Positions 60,614-64,000 of a stretch of DNA of 64,000 nt are shown here, piece by piece. The translations under genes were made by a program, and so were the position numbers. This DNA comes from Sumerlaeia bacterium (GTDB lineage: Bacteria > Sumerlaeota > Sumerlaeia > SLMS01 > JAHLLQ01). Under the pieces are notes generated by a model. That model did not search any database. It saw only the letters and a program-made list of their open reading frames with translations, and was not told where the DNA came from. Position 1 is the stretch's first letter, and every line of letters starts with the position of its first letter. The DNA lies in NCBI GenBank assembly GCA_040219255.1, contig JAVJSW010000018.1, positions 15,054 to 79,053 on the forward strand. Reading direction: 5' to 3'.

Positions 60614-61903
60614 ATGCACGATCCGCAGGGGGAATTGACCAATCCGCTGTGGCTCTTGACGCTGCCGCAGATTTGGGTTTTCGCCGCGGTGGCGCTCTAC
60701 TTCCCGGTCTTTCCGCTGTTCTTTCGCGAAGTGGGCATGAGCGACGGCCAGATCGCCGTGCTCTTCGCAGTGCCAGGCATGATCGGTTTCCTGGCCCTGC
60801 AATCGTGGGGTTATGTTGCCGATGTGCTGCTCAACCGCAAGTGGGTCTTGCTGGTCATGAGCCTTCTGGCCGCTGGAGTCGCCGCCCTCTTCCCCTATTT
60901 CACGTCCTTCTGGGCCCTGTTTTTTCTCAGCGCCCTGCGCGCCTTCTTCAGCGACGCCCGCATTCCCATGGTGCAGTCGCTGACGCTGGCGAACCGTGGC
61001 GGCGAGAAGCACTTCGGCCCGATCCGCCTCTTCGGCACTTTTTCCTTCATCGGCCTGGCGTGGCTGGTGGGCTGGTGGGCCGACCGGCCCGGCGGCCCCG
61101 GCATCTTCATCACGTTCCCGCTGCTGATCGTCATGAACCTGGCGATGGTGGTGACGATGTTTTTCGTGAAGGGCGCCCCCCGCGGCCACGTCCACCAGCA
61201 GCACGAAATGACCCGCCCCGGTTTCTGGCACGTCCAACGCACGCTGCTGGCCAACCCGGTGGTGCGGACGTTCCTGCTGTTTCTCTTCGTCTATCAATTG
61301 CCCCACAACATTTCCCACGGCTTCCAGTCGGTGCTGATCCAGGACCTCGGCGGCGACAACAGCGCCGCCATCTGGCCGGTGAACATCGCCGCCATCGCCG
61401 AGATCCCGGTTTTCATTTTCGCTGCCGGCTTGCTGAAGAAAGTGCGCATCGTGCCGCTCTTGCTGGTGGGCGCCATCGCCCAGGTGCTGCGCTGGTCGCT
61501 GGTCGCCGCCGTGCCCAGCATCCCCGTCATCTACGCCTCGAACCTCTTTCACGCGCTGACCTTCGGGATCATGTATCTGGGGGCGGTGATGCTGATGAAT
61601 CGCGAGATTCCCAAGGCCTATCGCTCATCCGGCCAGACGCTCATGACGCTGGTCTATTCGTCCATGGCGGGGATGCTGGGGCCGCTGACGTCGGCGGTGG
61701 CGTTCCGGTTCATTCCCGGCGAGGAAAACGACGTCCACCTGTGGTATTGGGTGGCGGCGGCGATCGCGGCGTGCTCGATTCCGTTGTGGTTTCTGGTAGC
61801 CCGCGCCTATCGCGAGCGCCATGGTACGGTCCGATTTTGGATCGGAGAGCCCGTTTCCGTCTCAGGCATCTGGCGCCGAGGCTCTTCCCGGAGTTTACAG
61901 TGA
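60614..61903 (+). CDS. MFS transporter, nucleoside/oligosaccharide:H+ symporter-like (start uncertain; ORF open from 60533)
   Basis: WGYVAD, FGPIRLFGT, AEIPVF, FHALTFG, SSGQT; about 12 TM. Confidence 0.85.
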   Translation: MHDPQGELTNPLWLLTLPQIWVFAAVALYFPVFPLFFREVGMSDGQIAVLFAVPGMIGFLALQSWGYVADVLLNRKWVLLVMSLLAAGVAALFPYFTSFWALFFLSALRAFFSDARIPMVQSLTLANRGGEKHFGPIRLFGTFSFIGLAWLVGWWADRPGGPGIFITFPLLIVMNLAMVVTMFFVKGAPRGHVHQQHEMTRPGFWHVQRTLLANPVVRTFLLFLFVYQLPHNISHGFQSVLIQDLGGDNSAAIWPVNIAAIAEIPVFIFAAGLLKKVRIVPLLLVGAIAQVLRWSLVAAVPSIPVIYASNLFHALTFGIMYLGAVMLMNREIPKAYRSSGQTLMTLVYSSMAGMLGPLTSAVAFRFIPGEENDVHLWYWVAAAIAACSIPLWFLVARAYRERHGTVRFWIGEPVSVSGIWRRGSSRSLQ

Positions 61904-62655
61904 CGACCGTGTGGTATCTGCTTCAGCCCATTCTGCTGCTCATCCTGGCGGGCATCTGGGTCTGGTCTATCCAGGACGCCCTTCGCAGCCACCGCGCCTG
62001 GTTCTGGGTGCTCCTGGTGGTTTTTCTGCCGCCGCTGGCCGTTCCGGCCTATTACCTGAACTTTTTCCTGCTGGCCCGGCCCGACGGTCGAGGCGCCTTC
62101 GACGCCAACTGGCACGACTGGCGCCGCGCGCGCGAGCTGCACCGCCAGCTCGAAACCAACGATGCCCCCGGCGTCCGCGAGGAACTCGCCATGGTGGAGC
62201 TTCATCGCGGCCAGCCCCGCGAAGCCCTCGCCCACCTCAAGGAAGTCCTCGAGCGCGACGAAGAAAGCCTGCGCCCCCAGTTTCTCGCGGGCCGCGCCTT
62301 CATGGACCTTGGCCAGCCAGACCGGGCCCTGCCGCACCTGGAGTATGTGGTCGAGGAAGATCCGCGCTACGCCCTCGGCGAAGCCCGCATGCTGCTCGCC
62401 GAGGCCTTTGGCCGCACCGGCCAGAAAGACCGCGCCCGCCGCGAGCTGGACGAACTGAACGCCTACACCACCTATCCGCAGGCCGTGGTGCGCCGCGCCG
62501 AGCTTTTTCTGGAAGACGGCGACCAGGACGCCGCCCGCGCCATACTGCTGGAAATGCTCGGCAACGCCGGCCATCTGCCCCGCGAGCGCAAGATCGCCGG
62601 CCGGCGCTGGATCAAACGCGCGGCGGAACTGCTGCGCACGGAAGCAAAGGGCTGA
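61900..62655 (+). CDS. Membrane-anchored TPR protein with PLD-N-like 2-TM N-terminus
   Basis: GTGA overlap with the MFS stop; WFWVLLVVFLPPLAVPAYY; TPR-like helices. Confidence 0.8.
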   Translation: MTTVWYLLQPILLLILAGIWVWSIQDALRSHRAWFWVLLVVFLPPLAVPAYYLNFFLLARPDGRGAFDANWHDWRRARELHRQLETNDAPGVREELAMVELHRGQPREALAHLKEVLERDEESLRPQFLAGRAFMDLGQPDRALPHLEYVVEEDPRYALGEARMLLAEAFGRTGQKDRARRELDELNAYTTYPQAVVRRAELFLEDGDQDAARAILLEMLGNAGHLPRERKIAGRRWIKRAAELLRTEAKG

Positions 62656-62706
62656 TCGGAACATCCTCTCCATCGACACAATCCCATCGACGAATTCGCC
62701 AACCCC

Positions 62707-63795
62707 ATGAACGACACCCTTCGATCACTGCCTCTCGCCCGCCTCCATACCAGCCCCGACGGGGGCCTGACCGGTGTGCAGGGTTGGGCGGTGCCCGCCA
62801 CCTTCGGCAACCGCGCCGCGGAATACCGCCAACTGATCGAGGGCGCCGCCCTTCTCGATGTGTCCTTCCTGACCATTGTGCGCGCCGCCGGGCCGGACCG
62901 CGAGGACTACCTGAACCGGCGCCTGAGCCAGAAAATGCTCGCCTTCGCCGAGGGCGAAGGCCGCCGCGCCGCCCTCCTCGACTCGGTCGGCAAAATGGAA
63001 GCGGACATGGAGGTCTTCGCCTCCGGCGAGGAACTGATCCTTCTGGCCCCGCCGGTGTTGCGGGTGCATTTGCGGAGCAAACTCGACCTCTACGTCTTTT
63101 CGGAGGACGTCCAATTCCGCGACGCCAGCGAAGCGATGGCCTCTTTCGCCCTGATCGGCCCGAAGCGAGCCGAAGTGTTGAAGATAATCGGCCTGGAGAA
63201 TCCGGCCGCTCGGGACCGGCGGTTCGTCATGGGACAGGTTCAGGACGGACCGGAGGTGGCCGCCCTGAGCAGCGAACTCTTTCCCGGCGGCGTTGTCTTC
63301 ATGTGCGCTCAAGATCGCGGGGCCGAACTGTGGCAGCGCCTTGAGGAGCAGACGATCCAAGGCGGCGGCGCTCTATGCGGCTGGGAGGCTTTCGAAGCCT
63401 ATCGCATCCTCCACGGCGCGCCCTGGTACGGCACCGATCTGGACGACGGCACAATCCCCCTGGAAGCGGACCTGCTCCAGGCCCTGCACTTCGACAAGGG
63501 CTGCTATCCGGGTCAGGAAACCATCGCGAAAATTTCAAACCTCGGCCACCCGGCGCGCAAGCTGGTGCGGCTGCGATTCTCTCACGCGAAAGCCGTGGCC
63601 CCGGACCTCGAACTGACCAACGAAGCCGGTGCCGTTTGTGGCCGCATCAGAAGCTGCGCCGCCATTCCAAACGAAGACAGCGTGGTCGCCCTGGCCATGG
63701 TCAAATGGCCCCAGCGCGAACCCGGCACGGTGCTCAGCCTGACCCAGTACCCGGACGTGAAGGGCATTGTGGAGGCCTTGAGGACCGATGGCTGA
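62707..63795 (+). CDS. ygfZ: YgfZ/GcvT-family folate-binding protein
   Basis: KGCYPGQE motif; GPDREDYL, IPLEA. Confidence 0.88.
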   Translation: MNDTLRSLPLARLHTSPDGGLTGVQGWAVPATFGNRAAEYRQLIEGAALLDVSFLTIVRAAGPDREDYLNRRLSQKMLAFAEGEGRRAALLDSVGKMEADMEVFASGEELILLAPPVLRVHLRSKLDLYVFSEDVQFRDASEAMASFALIGPKRAEVLKIIGLENPAARDRRFVMGQVQDGPEVAALSSELFPGGVVFMCAQDRGAELWQRLEEQTIQGGGALCGWEAFEAYRILHGAPWYGTDLDDGTIPLEADLLQALHFDKGCYPGQETIAKISNLGHPARKLVRLRFSHAKAVAPDLELTNEAGAVCGRIRSCAAIPNEDSVVALAMVKWPQREPGTVLSLTQYPDVKGIVEALRTDG

Positions 63796-64000
63796 GACAA
63801 CGAGGGAAAACGCCGATTGGTCCGCCACGGGCCTGCGGATCGGATCGCACATGTCCATCGCCGGAGGCGTCGAATGCGCCCCCGCCCGCGCCGCCGAGCT
63901 GGGGACAACGGCCATGCAGGTCTTTGTGAAGAACAACCGCCAGTGGTCGGGCCCGCCGATTTCCGGCGCGAGCGCCGCCGCCTACACCGAAGCCCTCGCT
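63788..64000 (+). CDS. nfo: Endonuclease IV, 3'-truncated by the window edge
   Basis: IGSHMSIAGG...AMQVFVKNNRQW. Confidence 0.88.
   Translation, partial: MAETTRENADWSATGLRIGSHMSIAGGVECAPARAAELGTTAMQVFVKNNRQWSGPPISGASAAAYTEALA

Noticed and set aside
60649-61899. 668-aa ORF upstream portion suggesting a fusion or frameshift
   Set aside because: Off-frame shadow inside the MFS gene; the real TPR gene begins at GTG 61900.

Overview
High-GC bacterial chromosomal window (GC judged by eye, not computed) with no integrase, transposase, CRISPR array, tRNA or rRNA that I can see. The gene content and protein styles suggest a diderm, non-proteobacterial lineage, possibly Ca. Sumerlaeota/BRC1; this is a weak inference. 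The dominant feature is a ~20-kb co-directional respiratory cluster (5.3-25.6 kb). It encodes a complete Alternative Complex III (actABCDEF), an extra membrane-anchored monoheme cytochrome c, and an A2-type aa3 oxidase with a mitochondrion/alphaproteobacteria-like assembly kit (type-2 heme A synthase, Cox10, Cox11). Rex/CRP-like operators precede actA and coxB. Directly downstream is a Tat-exported PaoABC-like molybdoflavoenzyme whose FAD subunit has lost its [4Fe-4S] cysteines and is translationally coupled to a small 6-Cys protein. Other candidates for novelty are an H-NS/Rok-like nucleoid protein, a convergent pair (membrane pseudokinase plus secreted protein) that both appear to carry Cys-less thioredoxin folds, a multidomain GHL10-RTX secreted enzyme, and a MetOD1-diguanylate cyclase pair divergent from a Fur/Zur-boxed COG0523 chaperone. 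The rest is housekeeping: pfk, lspA, L20 leader-infC(AUU)-rpmI-rplT, tyrA, rpsT, dsbD, mlaE, truB, ygfZ and nfo. Family calls come from recognised motifs only; no database searches were run and several start codons are estimates.
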